Below are positions 31,763 through 40,285 of a DNA stretch of 64,000 bases, in pieces. This DNA comes from Acidimicrobiia bacterium. Its GTDB lineage: Bacteria > Actinomycetota > Acidimicrobiia > IMCC26256 > DASPTH01. Location: NCBI GenBank assembly GCA_036502765.1, contig DASXXX010000053.1, positions 172 through 64,171 of the forward strand, in the 5' to 3' direction. The translations under genes and the position numbers were made by a program. How positions within the stretch are numbered: position 1 is the first letter of the stretch; every line of letters starts with the position of its first letter. The notes below the pieces were generated by a model that did not search any database, was not told where the DNA came from, and saw only the letters and a program-made list of their open reading frames with translations.

Positions 31763-31809
31763 TGGTGGCGGGGGAAGGATTTGAACCTTCGACCTTCGGG
31801 TTATGAGCC
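31763..31809 (-). repeat. att direct repeat, left copy (displaced 3' 47 nt of tRNA-Met including CCA)
   Basis: tggtggcgggggaaggatttgaaccttcgaccttcgggttatgagcc is identical to 51701..51747. Here the tRNA D-arm and 5' half are missing, so this is a fragment and not a gene. Confidence 0.9.
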
Positions 31810-31912
31810 ATGCTGGGTGGCGTCCACCAGAACTACGTGCGTGTTATCCAGTCCTCTGACCTGCGGTTTTGGTGAGCAACGGGTCCGCCAAGACCCACCG
31901 GATCCAGCGGGT

Positions 31913-31941
31913 TGCAACCATTTGGGTTGCAAAATGGTTGC
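31913..31941. repeat. subterminal 29-bp box TGCAACCATTTGGGTTGCAAAATGGTTGC (left copy)
   Basis: Identical to 51611..51639. Contains an 11-bp perfect inverted repeat (TGCAACCATTT / AAATGGTTGCA) and three GGTTGCA direct units. Lies about 100 bp inside the left att repeat. Confidence 0.8.
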
Positions 31942-31980
31942 AGAGGTGTCTGCCCAAGAAGCCTGAACCCGGGCGAGCCC

Positions 31981-32009
31981 TGTTCAGGGTTATGATCTAA
32001 CCCTGAACA
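31981..32009. promoter_or_regulatory. 12-bp perfect inverted repeat TGTTCAGGGTTA-TGATC-TAACCCTGAACA upstream of fic
   Basis: The palindrome ends 1 nt before the GGAGGAG RBS of the Fic gene. A third CCTGAAC half-site sits about 20 nt upstream. Candidate operator or 5'-UTR hairpin. Confidence 0.4.
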
Positions 32010-32019
32010 AGGAGGAGCC

Positions 32020-33306
32020 GTGGCAAGGGTTGCACGAAGGACGTGGCGATCGACCATCGAGTCGGGTCTCCCGCGGCGAGATCGCCGCTCCTGCGAGTAC
32101 GAGGCGTACATCCCGGACGCCCTCGCCAGCCGACTGGTCACGATCGACGCCGACGTCGCGGCTGACCTCGCGGAGGCAGAGGCTGCGATCGTGGAGCTCA
32201 ATGCCCGCCACGGCGTCCTCGCCGATACCGAGGCACTGGCGCGGCTCCTACTGCGAGCGGAGGCCGTCGCGTCGTCGAAGATCGAAGGTCTCGAGGTTGG
32301 TCCTCGGCGATTGCTCCGCGCAGAAGCCGCGAGCCAACTTGGCGATGACCCTCGAGACGTCACCGCGACGGAAGTGCTCGGCAACGTCGAGTCGATGGCT
32401 TGGGCGACGAGCGAGGCCGCGGCCGGTCGGCCGATCACACGCGACTTCATCCTCGAGACGCACCGACGTCTGTTGGCACGCACTGACCACCAAGGCATCG
32501 CCGGTCGGATCCGGGACGAACAGAACTGGATCGGCGGCAGCAGCTACAACCCATGCAGTGCGGCGTTCGTCCCACCGCCACCAGAGTTCGTGGGCGACCT
32601 TGTCGACGATCTCGTGACCTTCCTCAACGATGACGTCCTGTCTCCTCTGACGCAGGCCGCGATCGCCCATGCGCAGTTCGAGACGATCCACCCGTTCGCT
32701 GACGGCAACGGCCGCGTCGGTCGCGCGCTCGTCCACGTTGTGCTCCGACGGAGAGGACTCGCGCCCCGAGTGGTGCCGCCCATCTCCTTGGTCCTGGCTA
32801 CCCGCTCGAAGGACTACATCCACGGCCTCACCGGCGTGCGTTACCGAGGAACACCGGGATCAAAGACCGCGCATCAGGGGCTCAACCAGTGGCTCGCGAT
32901 CTTCGCCGGCGCTTGCAGACGAGCGGTCGACGACGTCGCGGTCTTCGAGGAACGCATCAAAGCGCTCAGCGAGGCGTGGCACCAAAGACTCGGGCGCGTT
33001 CGTGCCAACTCCGCAACCGAGCGACTTCTCGTCGCGCTCCCAGGCGCACCGATCATCACTGTCACGACTGCAGCCGTGCTGATCGACCGCAGCTACCAGC
33101 AGACCAACCAGGCGATGCAGCGTCTCGTCGACTCCGGCGTTCTCCGCCAGATCACGGTCGGGCAACGCAACCGCGCCTTCGAGGCAATCGAGGTGATCGA
33201 CGCCTTCACCGATCTCGAGCGCCAACTCGCGAGTCCCGCCGGAGACACGCGACGAGTGTCGCCCAGACGACCAGTCCCGAGACGACAAGGCGGGTCGACG
33301 CCATGA
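32020..33306 (+). CDS. Fic-family protein (AMPylase/adenylyltransferase family) with C-terminal winged-helix region
   Basis: 428 aa with the canonical Fic motif HPFADGNGRVGR. GTG start 5 nt after GGAGGAG. Confidence 0.9.
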   Translation: MARVARRTWRSTIESGLPRRDRRSCEYEAYIPDALASRLVTIDADVAADLAEAEAAIVELNARHGVLADTEALARLLLRAEAVASSKIEGLEVGPRRLLRAEAASQLGDDPRDVTATEVLGNVESMAWATSEAAAGRPITRDFILETHRRLLARTDHQGIAGRIRDEQNWIGGSSYNPCSAAFVPPPPEFVGDLVDDLVTFLNDDVLSPLTQAAIAHAQFETIHPFADGNGRVGRALVHVVLRRRGLAPRVVPPISLVLATRSKDYIHGLTGVRYRGTPGSKTAHQGLNQWLAIFAGACRRAVDDVAVFEERIKALSEAWHQRLGRVRANSATERLLVALPGAPIITVTTAAVLIDRSYQQTNQAMQRLVDSGVLRQITVGQRNRAFEAIEVIDAFTDLERQLASPAGDTRRVSPRRPVPRRQGGSTP

Positions 33307-33683
33307 GCATCGAAAATCCTCTGAGTGTCACATCCGTGCAAGAGAATGCAGCCATGCAGCGCGACGGCGGCATGATCCGCTTCTGGACCGAAAACAGCGT
33401 CTACGAGGTCGATCAGTCTCACTCGCTCGTACGACGACTCGCCGGCATACGCGCGGCGAGCGCCCACCAAGGTGAGGATGGCCGCTGGCAGGAATACGCG
33501 GAAATCTCAGAGATCGAAATCGGGCGCCCGGTGCTCCTCACCTGGGGCGCCTCAGAGGACGGAACGGTGTTACGACGGACCGTCACGTCCGTTGTCGTCG
33601 GCGAGACCGATGGAGAGTCCGGTGATCCACCCAACTGGGTCGTTGAACTTGTCGAGTCGAGCCGCCAGCGTGATGGGAGATAG
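33303..33683 (+). CDS. hypothetical protein, translationally coupled to fic
   Basis: 126 aa (MSIENPLSVTSVQENAAMQRDGGMIRFWTENSVYEVD...). The ATG overlaps the fic stop (ATGA). No family recognised. Confidence 0.55.
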   Translation: MSIENPLSVTSVQENAAMQRDGGMIRFWTENSVYEVDQSHSLVRRLAGIRAASAHQGEDGRWQEYAEISEIEIGRPVLLTWGASEDGTVLRRTVTSVVVGETDGESGDPPNWVVELVESSRQRDGR

Positions 33684-33717
33684 GACTCTGGTGACGAGAG
33701 GCGGAAGTTCTCAAGGC

Positions 33718-36333
33718 CTACACGTCGTAAACATGCATGACCTCGTCGCCGTAGTGATTGATGACCTTGACCGCGATCTTCCCGGTTGAGGGTGCGTCGA
33801 ACGGTCGGCTCACGGTCGAGTAGAGACTTGACCAGGCGCCCTCGTCAATGTCGGCGCGCAGCCCCTTACGAAGGCGCTCGTAGGGATCGCCCGCGCCTGT
33901 GAAGTAGGCGTGGCGGACGAAGAAGCTCTCGCCGTTGTAGTCCGTGTCGACAAACCAGCATGCGACGTCCTCGGTCGAGCTCGAGCGCACCTCGCCGGTG
34001 GTCGGGTCGTAGACGTCGACGCCGCGAAGCTCAATCGTTACCTGGCCGTCCTCATGCTTCACGGTGAGGTCGGGTTCGCCAAAGACCATGAAGAGGTTCC
34101 CCGCACCGGTCTTCTTGAGGAGCTCGTCTCCCATCGCGAGATCGGGATTCATGTGCGCTGGCAGCACAACGAGCTTGCCGAACTCACGCGCGGTCTCGCC
34201 GACGCGCGCATCGAAGGCGAATCCGCAGACGACTAGCACGTCGAAGCCGCGGCCCTTGACCGCCTCCTTCGCGGCCTCCTTCACCTGGAGGGGTCCGACG
34301 GTGCCATGCTCGGGCCCGATCGAGACAGCAACCCGCTTCGTTATGCCGTCCGAGTCGGTGTACTCGCCCTCGCCGCTGATCCACTCGCCCGCGAAGGGTT
34401 CGAGCCAATCAAACGTGAGGCGCTCTTCGCGCTTGGTGTTCTGCACGCCAGCCTTCCGCAGATTCGCCAGGATCATCTCGACGAACGTGCCGGCCTCAGA
34501 GACAGTCTGCTCGCTGACGGTGCGGTCCGCTTCCTCGTCGAGCACACGGTGCGGCGAAAGGCTCTCGACCGTGAAGGGCCCTGACACCCGAACTCTCTTG
34601 CGGTCCTCGTAGGGCTGGTCGACGAGCAGCTCGGTCTCGGCGTGGCGCGCGATTGCAGCGTCGGCTTCCTCGCGGGTCACTCCTTCCTTGATGTTGGGGT
34701 TCTGCGCGATCGACTTCAGGGTGATGTGCGGCACGCGCTTGTAAACGAAGCCCTTGCGCACGTCATCCTCGAACCCGTTGCCAGTCGCGGGCATGCTCGT
34801 GAGCTCAGCCTCCTTGGCGGCCCCGTCCGCGGAGTCGGCAAGGAGGTGGTACGGATACTTGGCGGCCATGAGGCGAGTGCGGGCAAGAGCAAGTGAGACC
34901 CGGGAAGTGTCGATCGTGATCCAACGCCTCCCCCATTGCTCAGCGACATATGCAGTCGTGCCCGAACCACACGTTGGGTCGAGCACGAGGTCGCCTGGAT
35001 CAGTGGCCATGAGCAGACAACGCTCGACAACCTTTGCATTGGTCTGAACCACGTAGAGCTTGGGTTCGCCGAATCCCGAAGTGACCGTGTCTTCCCAGAG
35101 GTTGTTGATTGGGAACGCGGGAAAGTCATCGAGGTAGCGAACGTATTGAAGGGTCTTACCAAGCCCGATCAGGCGATTCGCCAACGCAAGGCGACGCATG
35201 CCGTCCCTGTTGGTCTTCCACCCGCCCTTGCCCGGCACATACGTAGTTCCACCAACCTCGACCTCGAACACGGTGGTCTGAGCGGGGCGCACGGTCTGAG
35301 AAGTAAGGGGAGCAGGACGGAAGACCGCGCCAGAGGGTGCCTCGTCATCACTGAAGCGTCTTCGGCTTCCGTCTGGGTCCTCCACCCACGAGTACTGCTC
35401 ACCTCCAAGTCCGCCGACTTCCTTTCCGCGGAATAGCTGGCGGTACTTCACATGGGCGGCATCGCGCGCGTACCAGAGAAGGAAGTCGTTCGTCGCTGCG
35501 AGGACATTCGTCCCTCCAGCGAAGCTGCCGGCACCGGATGTCTTCTTGAAGGTGATCAAGCTGACAAAGTTTTCACTGCCGAAGACCTCGTCGAGGACGT
35601 TCCTCACGAGATGAACGTTTTCGTCGCCAATCTGTACGAAGACACTGCCCGACTCGGTGAGCAGCTCGCGGGCGACCGTGAGGCGATCGCGCAAGTAGCC
35701 CAGGTACGAGTGGATGCCCAGTTCCCAGGTGTCACGGAATGCGCGGATCTGTTCGGGCTGGCGTGTGAGATCCTCGGCCTTGCCGTCCTTCACGTCTCGC
35801 TTGCGTGTGCTCACCTGCCAGTTGGAGCCGAACTTGATGCCGTACGGCGGGTCCAAGTAGATCATCTGGACCTTGCCTTTGAGGTTCTCCTTCTCGGCGA
35901 GGCTCGTCATCACGAGCAGTGAGTCTCCGAGGATCATGCGGTTCGACCAGTTGACCGGCCACTTGTAGAAGTCGACGATCTGGTCGAACTCCAAGGGACC
36001 GTCAAACCGCTCGAAGAGCGTCAGCTCCGGCTCGCGCTCCCCCACCGCCGCCGTGTTCCGCAGGTTCTCGACGAGCACGCGGGGGTCGATCTTCTCCTGG
36101 ATGTAGATCGGTACCGTCGGCACCGCGAGCTCTTGACGGTCCTGTTCGTCTTTGCCCTTCCACACGAGCTGGGGATCGAGCGACGGGTCACGCGGATAAA
36201 GCAGCGTCGTCGGTGCTTCCTCGGCATCACTAACGAAGTCGCGCAGCTCGTCCGTAGGAATGTTGACGCGCTTGTCCTGGTGACGGACGGATACCACCGG
36301 AGTCGGCGTCGCGGGCTTCTTCGCGCGAGCCAT
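33718..36333 (-). CDS. mod: site-specific DNA methyltransferase, type III Mod-like (beta-class N6A/N4C MTase)
   Basis: Start at MARAKKPATP (TGATG overlap with the res stop). Motif IV IYLDPPYG precedes motif I LVLDPTCGSGTT, the order typical of type III Mod. 871 aa with a long C-terminal extension. Confidence 0.85.
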   Translation of the reverse strand: MARAKKPATPTPVVSVRHQDKRVNIPTDELRDFVSDAEEAPTTLLYPRDPSLDPQLVWKGKDEQDRQELAVPTVPIYIQEKIDPRVLVENLRNTAAVGEREPELTLFERFDGPLEFDQIVDFYKWPVNWSNRMILGDSLLVMTSLAEKENLKGKVQMIYLDPPYGIKFGSNWQVSTRKRDVKDGKAEDLTRQPEQIRAFRDTWELGIHSYLGYLRDRLTVARELLTESGSVFVQIGDENVHLVRNVLDEVFGSENFVSLITFKKTSGAGSFAGGTNVLAATNDFLLWYARDAAHVKYRQLFRGKEVGGLGGEQYSWVEDPDGSRRRFSDDEAPSGAVFRPAPLTSQTVRPAQTTVFEVEVGGTTYVPGKGGWKTNRDGMRRLALANRLIGLGKTLQYVRYLDDFPAFPINNLWEDTVTSGFGEPKLYVVQTNAKVVERCLLMATDPGDLVLDPTCGSGTTAYVAEQWGRRWITIDTSRVSLALARTRLMAAKYPYHLLADSADGAAKEAELTSMPATGNGFEDDVRKGFVYKRVPHITLKSIAQNPNIKEGVTREEADAAIARHAETELLVDQPYEDRKRVRVSGPFTVESLSPHRVLDEEADRTVSEQTVSEAGTFVEMILANLRKAGVQNTKREERLTFDWLEPFAGEWISGEGEYTDSDGITKRVAVSIGPEHGTVGPLQVKEAAKEAVKGRGFDVLVVCGFAFDARVGETAREFGKLVVLPAHMNPDLAMGDELLKKTGAGNLFMVFGEPDLTVKHEDGQVTIELRGVDVYDPTTGEVRSSSTEDVACWFVDTDYNGESFFVRHAYFTGAGDPYERLRKGLRADIDEGAWSSLYSTVSRPFDAPSTGKIAVKVINHYGDEVMHVYDV

Positions 36334-39326
36334 CAGCCGGCCCTCCCCACATACGAACGGATCGCGTTCTTGGCGTCCCACGGATCTCGAATCTCGATGA
36401 AGTCCCACCGACCGAAGCCGCCGTGCGCGTTCACCGCCGGGATCCAGAAGTTCTTCGTGGTCGCGACCTTCTCAACCTTGTCGCGACGGAAGCCGCCGCT
36501 GACCTCTACGACAAGGTTGAGTGGAACATCGAGGCTCTCGTCGTAGCGGACAATGAAGTCGGGCAGGTAGTTGCGCTGCTCACCGTCGATCGCGTACGGG
36601 ATCGTGAAGCCGAGATGATCGTTCTTCACGTACGCGAGCACCTCGTCCATCGATTCCAAGCTCTCAGCCATCTTTCCTTCCCAACCAGAGTCGAGGACTA
36701 CGTGGCTGACATGGCACTTGTAGGGGCTGGTCTCGTAGACCTTCCTCGTCGTGTCGAAGTCGACGACAGCACTGGAGCCGCGATCACCGTCTGGCCGGAA
36801 TACCGGCTGGAGCCTCACCGTCTCCGGGTTCGTACGCACGATCGCTCGGTGTATGCGCGCCGCCGCGGCGTCCGCGAGTTTGTGGATTAGTAAGAGTTGG
36901 GGGAACGTGTCGTCCTTGCACTGAACGCACCGCCGCATCCAGTCGGAGACGATCGGGACCAGCTTCGGAAACAGCCACGCTTCCTCAAATCCGTCCTCGT
37001 CACGGAAATGGTTCTGGACGAGCCGGCGGGTAAGGCGGAAGGCGACCTCTTGCTCTCGAGTGGCGTGGAGCTGCTCGAGGGTGTGAACCTCAGTCGCGCC
37101 AACGATGCCAGCGATGTCGGTCTGGGTCGGCACGTCCTTGGTCGACAGCGCGAGGCGCGAGTCGGCGGTGAACCTCGCGCTCAGCTCGTCGGTCGACAGC
37201 ACGTACCGGTAGCCAGCGATGAGCGGGAAGTTGATCGCCGAGCCCTCGCGGCCAGGCAGCGCCCGCACGCGGGTGGTCGCGATCTCGGGCTTGGGCGTCT
37301 GCTCTGATCCCGCGGTCGGGATGAATGAGAAGGGAACGCCGTAGACCTCGGCGTACTCGGGCTCGAGACGGCCTTCGTCGTTGACGACATAGCTGCGGCG
37401 CCGAAGCCCGCGCCCCACGACTTGCTCGCACAGGAGCTGGGTGCCGAAGGCGCGAACGCCGAGAATGTGCGAGACCGTCGTCGCGTCCCAACCTTCGGTC
37501 AACATCGAGACCGAGACGACACAACGTACCTGCTCGCCGAGCTTGCCCGGCTTGCCCACGGTGTTGAGTACCTCGCGGAGAAGATCCTCGTCGGTGAGCT
37601 CCTCGGAGCTCCGACCCGGGAAGCGTTCTCGGTACTCGGCCTTGAACTCCTCGATCTCCGTGGCCGCGATCCGCTTGAACTCGTCGCTCATCACCTCGCC
37701 CGACTCGAGCTGCTCCGAGTCGACAAGGATCGTGTTGGGGCGATGAGTCCAATGGCCGTCCTCGACGTTCGAGAAGAGCGTCAGCTCTCCAGGCACCGGA
37801 ACGACGGACCCATCCGGGAGAGACTTCGACCAGCCAGCGACGTAGTCGAAGATCATCTTCGACACCGCCGTGTTGTTGCAGACGACGATGAACACCGGCG
37901 GCGTCGACGCGCTGCTCGCCGTGACGCTCTCTTGCCAGCCGACGAACGACTTCTCGTAATGCTCGTAGAGACTGTGGAGCGCACCTTGCAGCTCAGCCGG
38001 AAGTCGGGGGCCTGTCCCGTTATCGACGCCGGCGCTCCGGCGGTTCTTCTTGGGAAGCCCATCCTTGATTCGCAGCCAGAGGTTGCGGTACGTGACACCG
38101 TCGCCCAGCATCGCGTTGTCGCTCACGGGCACACGCGGAATCTTCACGATGCCGCACTCGACCGCGTCGGTGAGCGAGAAGTCGGAGACGACCCAGGGAA
38201 AGAGCTTGCCCTCGCGGTAACCGGAGCCGCCGAGGAAGAACGGCGTGGCCGAGAGGTCGTAGACCGTCTTCACGCCGAGCTTGGCGTGGATAGCCTGTAA
38301 CCCCGAGATCCAGACCATCGCCTCCTCGTTGCGGAGGTCGGCCTCTCGCTTCTCGTCACCCGTGAGCTTCACGTCGGCCGCTTCGCCGTCGGCAGCGTCC
38401 GCGGGACGACGCGCGTAACAGTGATGCGCCTCGTCATTCAACACCACGATCTGGTTCCGCCCGGCTCCGAGGTCGCGGCAGACGCGGCGAACCATCTGGT
38501 CCGGCGTCTCGCGGAAGGGATCGGAGCCGTCGGGATTCAGCACTGACTTCGTGAGACGGGCCGCCTTTCCCGCCTTCGTCTCACGCAACAGGAACGCGTG
38601 GAAGTTGGTGATGACGATGCGAGCCCGACCAAGCTGGTCCACGAGGTCGGCGGGGACGATGTCGCGCTGGCGGTAATAGTTGTCGGGGTCGCTCGGTAGC
38701 ACGACGCGCAAACGGTCCCTGATCGTGATGCCCGGCGTGACGATGAGGAACCGGTCGGAGAACCGGGCGTCCTGCGGGTTGGCAGCCTTGTTGAGCGTCT
38801 GCCAGGCGATCACCATTGTCATGACGACCGTCTTGCCCGATCCGGTCGCCATCTTGTGCGCGACGCGGAACAGCCCTGGGTTGTAGCGCGCGCTCTCGTC
38901 CGTGAGCAGGTTGGTGATCCAGACGTCGCCGACCTTGGTCGCGACCTCGGCGACGTAGATCGCGGTCTCGAGCGCCTCGATCTGGCAGAAGAAGAGTCGA
39001 CGCTCGCGCTCCGGACTGGTCCAGTAGGCGAGGAGCCGCCGGGTGGTCGGCGTGACACCCTGCCAACCGCCGAGGCGCCAACGCGCGACCCGCTCGCGAA
39101 TGCGGTTGATGTTCTCGCTGACCTCGATCCGGTCCCGCGTCCACTCGGCGTCGAGCGCGAGCTGCCCGCCCCGCTTCTTCGTCGCCGGGATCGGCACGAA
39201 GTACGAGCTGGGGCGACGGCCGTCGACGACTTCGTCGGTGATCCCGTCGTCGTCGAACCGGAAATGCTGGATGGGCTCGTCGTAGGGCGAGTTGAGGATC
39301 GGGTTCTCGATCACGACCGGCTTCAT
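36333..39326 (-). CDS. res: type III restriction enzyme Res-like DEAD/DEAH helicase-nuclease
   Basis: Start at MKPVVIENPILNSPYDEP (ATGA overlap with the upstream HTH gene). Walker A MATGSGKTVV, DEAH box LNDEAHH, C-terminal PD-(D/E)xK-like YLPDF...VVEVSGGFRRDK. Confidence 0.85.
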   Translation of the reverse strand: MKPVVIENPILNSPYDEPIQHFRFDDDGITDEVVDGRRPSSYFVPIPATKKRGGQLALDAEWTRDRIEVSENINRIRERVARWRLGGWQGVTPTTRRLLAYWTSPERERRLFFCQIEALETAIYVAEVATKVGDVWITNLLTDESARYNPGLFRVAHKMATGSGKTVVMTMVIAWQTLNKAANPQDARFSDRFLIVTPGITIRDRLRVVLPSDPDNYYRQRDIVPADLVDQLGRARIVITNFHAFLLRETKAGKAARLTKSVLNPDGSDPFRETPDQMVRRVCRDLGAGRNQIVVLNDEAHHCYARRPADAADGEAADVKLTGDEKREADLRNEEAMVWISGLQAIHAKLGVKTVYDLSATPFFLGGSGYREGKLFPWVVSDFSLTDAVECGIVKIPRVPVSDNAMLGDGVTYRNLWLRIKDGLPKKNRRSAGVDNGTGPRLPAELQGALHSLYEHYEKSFVGWQESVTASSASTPPVFIVVCNNTAVSKMIFDYVAGWSKSLPDGSVVPVPGELTLFSNVEDGHWTHRPNTILVDSEQLESGEVMSDEFKRIAATEIEEFKAEYRERFPGRSSEELTDEDLLREVLNTVGKPGKLGEQVRCVVSVSMLTEGWDATTVSHILGVRAFGTQLLCEQVVGRGLRRRSYVVNDEGRLEPEYAEVYGVPFSFIPTAGSEQTPKPEIATTRVRALPGREGSAINFPLIAGYRYVLSTDELSARFTADSRLALSTKDVPTQTDIAGIVGATEVHTLEQLHATREQEVAFRLTRRLVQNHFRDEDGFEEAWLFPKLVPIVSDWMRRCVQCKDDTFPQLLLIHKLADAAAARIHRAIVRTNPETVRLQPVFRPDGDRGSSAVVDFDTTRKVYETSPYKCHVSHVVLDSGWEGKMAESLESMDEVLAYVKNDHLGFTIPYAIDGEQRNYLPDFIVRYDESLDVPLNLVVEVSGGFRRDKVEKVATTKNFWIPAVNAHGGFGRWDFIEIRDPWDAKNAIRSYVGRAG

Positions 39327-39559
39327 CGGCGGTGCTCCCGGCCGGCTGAATCGGTCGGCCGGCCGTGTTGGCGCATCCAGTCGACGACCTGCGACCGCAG
39401 CCAAAGCCGGGGACGGCCGGGCCCAAGATCGATCACAGGACGCGGCATGTCCGGATAGCGCCGTTGGTAGCGGCTCACTGTGTTCCGCTGCGCCAGCCCC
39501 ATCAACGTCGCTACGCCCTGCGCGTCGATCAGGTCAGCGATCTCAACCGTCTTCGGCAC
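39323..39559 (-). CDS. excisionase/MerR-type helix-turn-helix DNA-binding protein (possible R-M controller)
   Basis: 78 aa. LIDAQGVATLMGLAQRNTVSRYQRR...RLWLRSQVVDW resembles small HTH_17/excisionase-family proteins. First gene of the HTH-res-mod operon. Confidence 0.65.
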   Translation of the reverse strand: MPKTVEIADLIDAQGVATLMGLAQRNTVSRYQRRYPDMPRPVIDLGPGRPRLWLRSQVVDWMRQHGRPTDSAGREHRR

Positions 39560-39647
39560 GGCCGGAGGCTACACCCGTTGACAAGCTCCAGCGCGACTAC
39601 CGCTCGCTGGCGCACGGGTGCACGTCGTAGACGACACGGACGCGGCC

Positions 39648-39828
39648 GGGAGTGATCGCGCGCGACCGGGTGTCAGGCAGGAGTCATCCGGGCCCACGCC
39701 GGGAGTCATCCGGCGCAGGCGGGAGCGATCCGCTCCTCAACCGGGAGCGACCGCGTGTTCGCTCCCGCAGAAAAATCTCTCGGCGGGAGTGATCGGGAGT
39801 AATTCCGGGAGTGATCGCGGGAGTGACA
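39648..39828. repeat. iteron-like array of about nine GGGAG(T/C)GA(T/C)C direct repeats with embedded inverted repeats
   Basis: Copies at about 39648, 39679, 39701, 39721, 39743, 39785, 39795, 39807 and 39819, with one more at about 40250. Two local palindromes: GGAGCG-ATC-CGCTCC and GGGAGCGA-N8-TCGCTCCC. Located in the divergent HTH/HTH intergenic region. Confidence 0.75.
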
Positions 39829-39910
39829 GTCCTCATCCTCACGGTCCAAGACGTCGGATCTTCGATCACGACGTCCCAACCGGCCCAACGTGCGCCCAGG
39901 AGGACTTGTC

Positions 39911-40285
39911 ATGGAGAGACTCACCTACACCGTCGCTGAGGTCGCCCAGGCCTTGGGCGTCTCGCGCTCGAAGGCATACACGCTCGTCGCCGAAGGGGCG
40001 ATCCCGATCGTTGCACTGCCCGGGCGGCGCAAGCTCGTCGCACGAGCGACGCTCGAGCAGCTGCTCGGGACTGGCACATCGTCAACCCGCGCCGAGTCGC
40101 GGACGACACCATCCGACCAACCCATCCTCGCCCACGACACCCGACCAGAGAGCCCGACCCACCACACCGAAAACAACCGACACCCAACCCCTCCCAGCAC
40201 GACCAACCACCCCGCGATCCCACATCAGACAGTTGCACCAGGGGTGCGCGGGAGTGATCAGGCACGGCGTGAGCCGTCGCGCTGA
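39911..40285 (+). CDS. excisionase-family HTH DNA-binding protein (Xis / relaxase accessory candidate)
   Basis: ATG preceded by GGAGGACTTGTC. MERLTYTVAEVAQALGVSRSKAYTLVAEGAIPIVALPGRRKLVARATLEQLL is the HTH_17 excisionase pattern. Low-complexity tail. The stop overlaps the relaxase start (TGATG). Confidence 0.7.
   Translation: MERLTYTVAEVAQALGVSRSKAYTLVAEGAIPIVALPGRRKLVARATLEQLLGTGTSSTRAESRTTPSDQPILAHDTRPESPTHHTENNRHPTPPSTTNHPAIPHQTVAPGVRGSDQARREPSR

Noticed and set aside
31763-31809. Possible second tRNA-Met gene
   Set aside because: Only the 3' 47 nt (T-arm, acceptor 3' strand, part of the anticodon arm) are present. The sequence beyond diverges and cannot form D-arm or acceptor pairing. 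I interpret it as an att repeat, not a gene.
31853-31864. 12-nt motif CCTCTGACCTGC shared by both island ends (also at 51681..51692)
   Set aside because: It is short, it is not symmetric with respect to the att repeats, and on the right it merely overlaps the 3' arm of the terminator-like hairpin. It could be chance or part of arm sites, and there is not enough evidence to call it.
39648-39828. CRISPR array
   Set aside because: The repeats are only about 10 nt, irregularly spaced (0-30 nt) and lack unique spacers of CRISPR size. No cas genes are present. I interpret them as iterons or binding sites.
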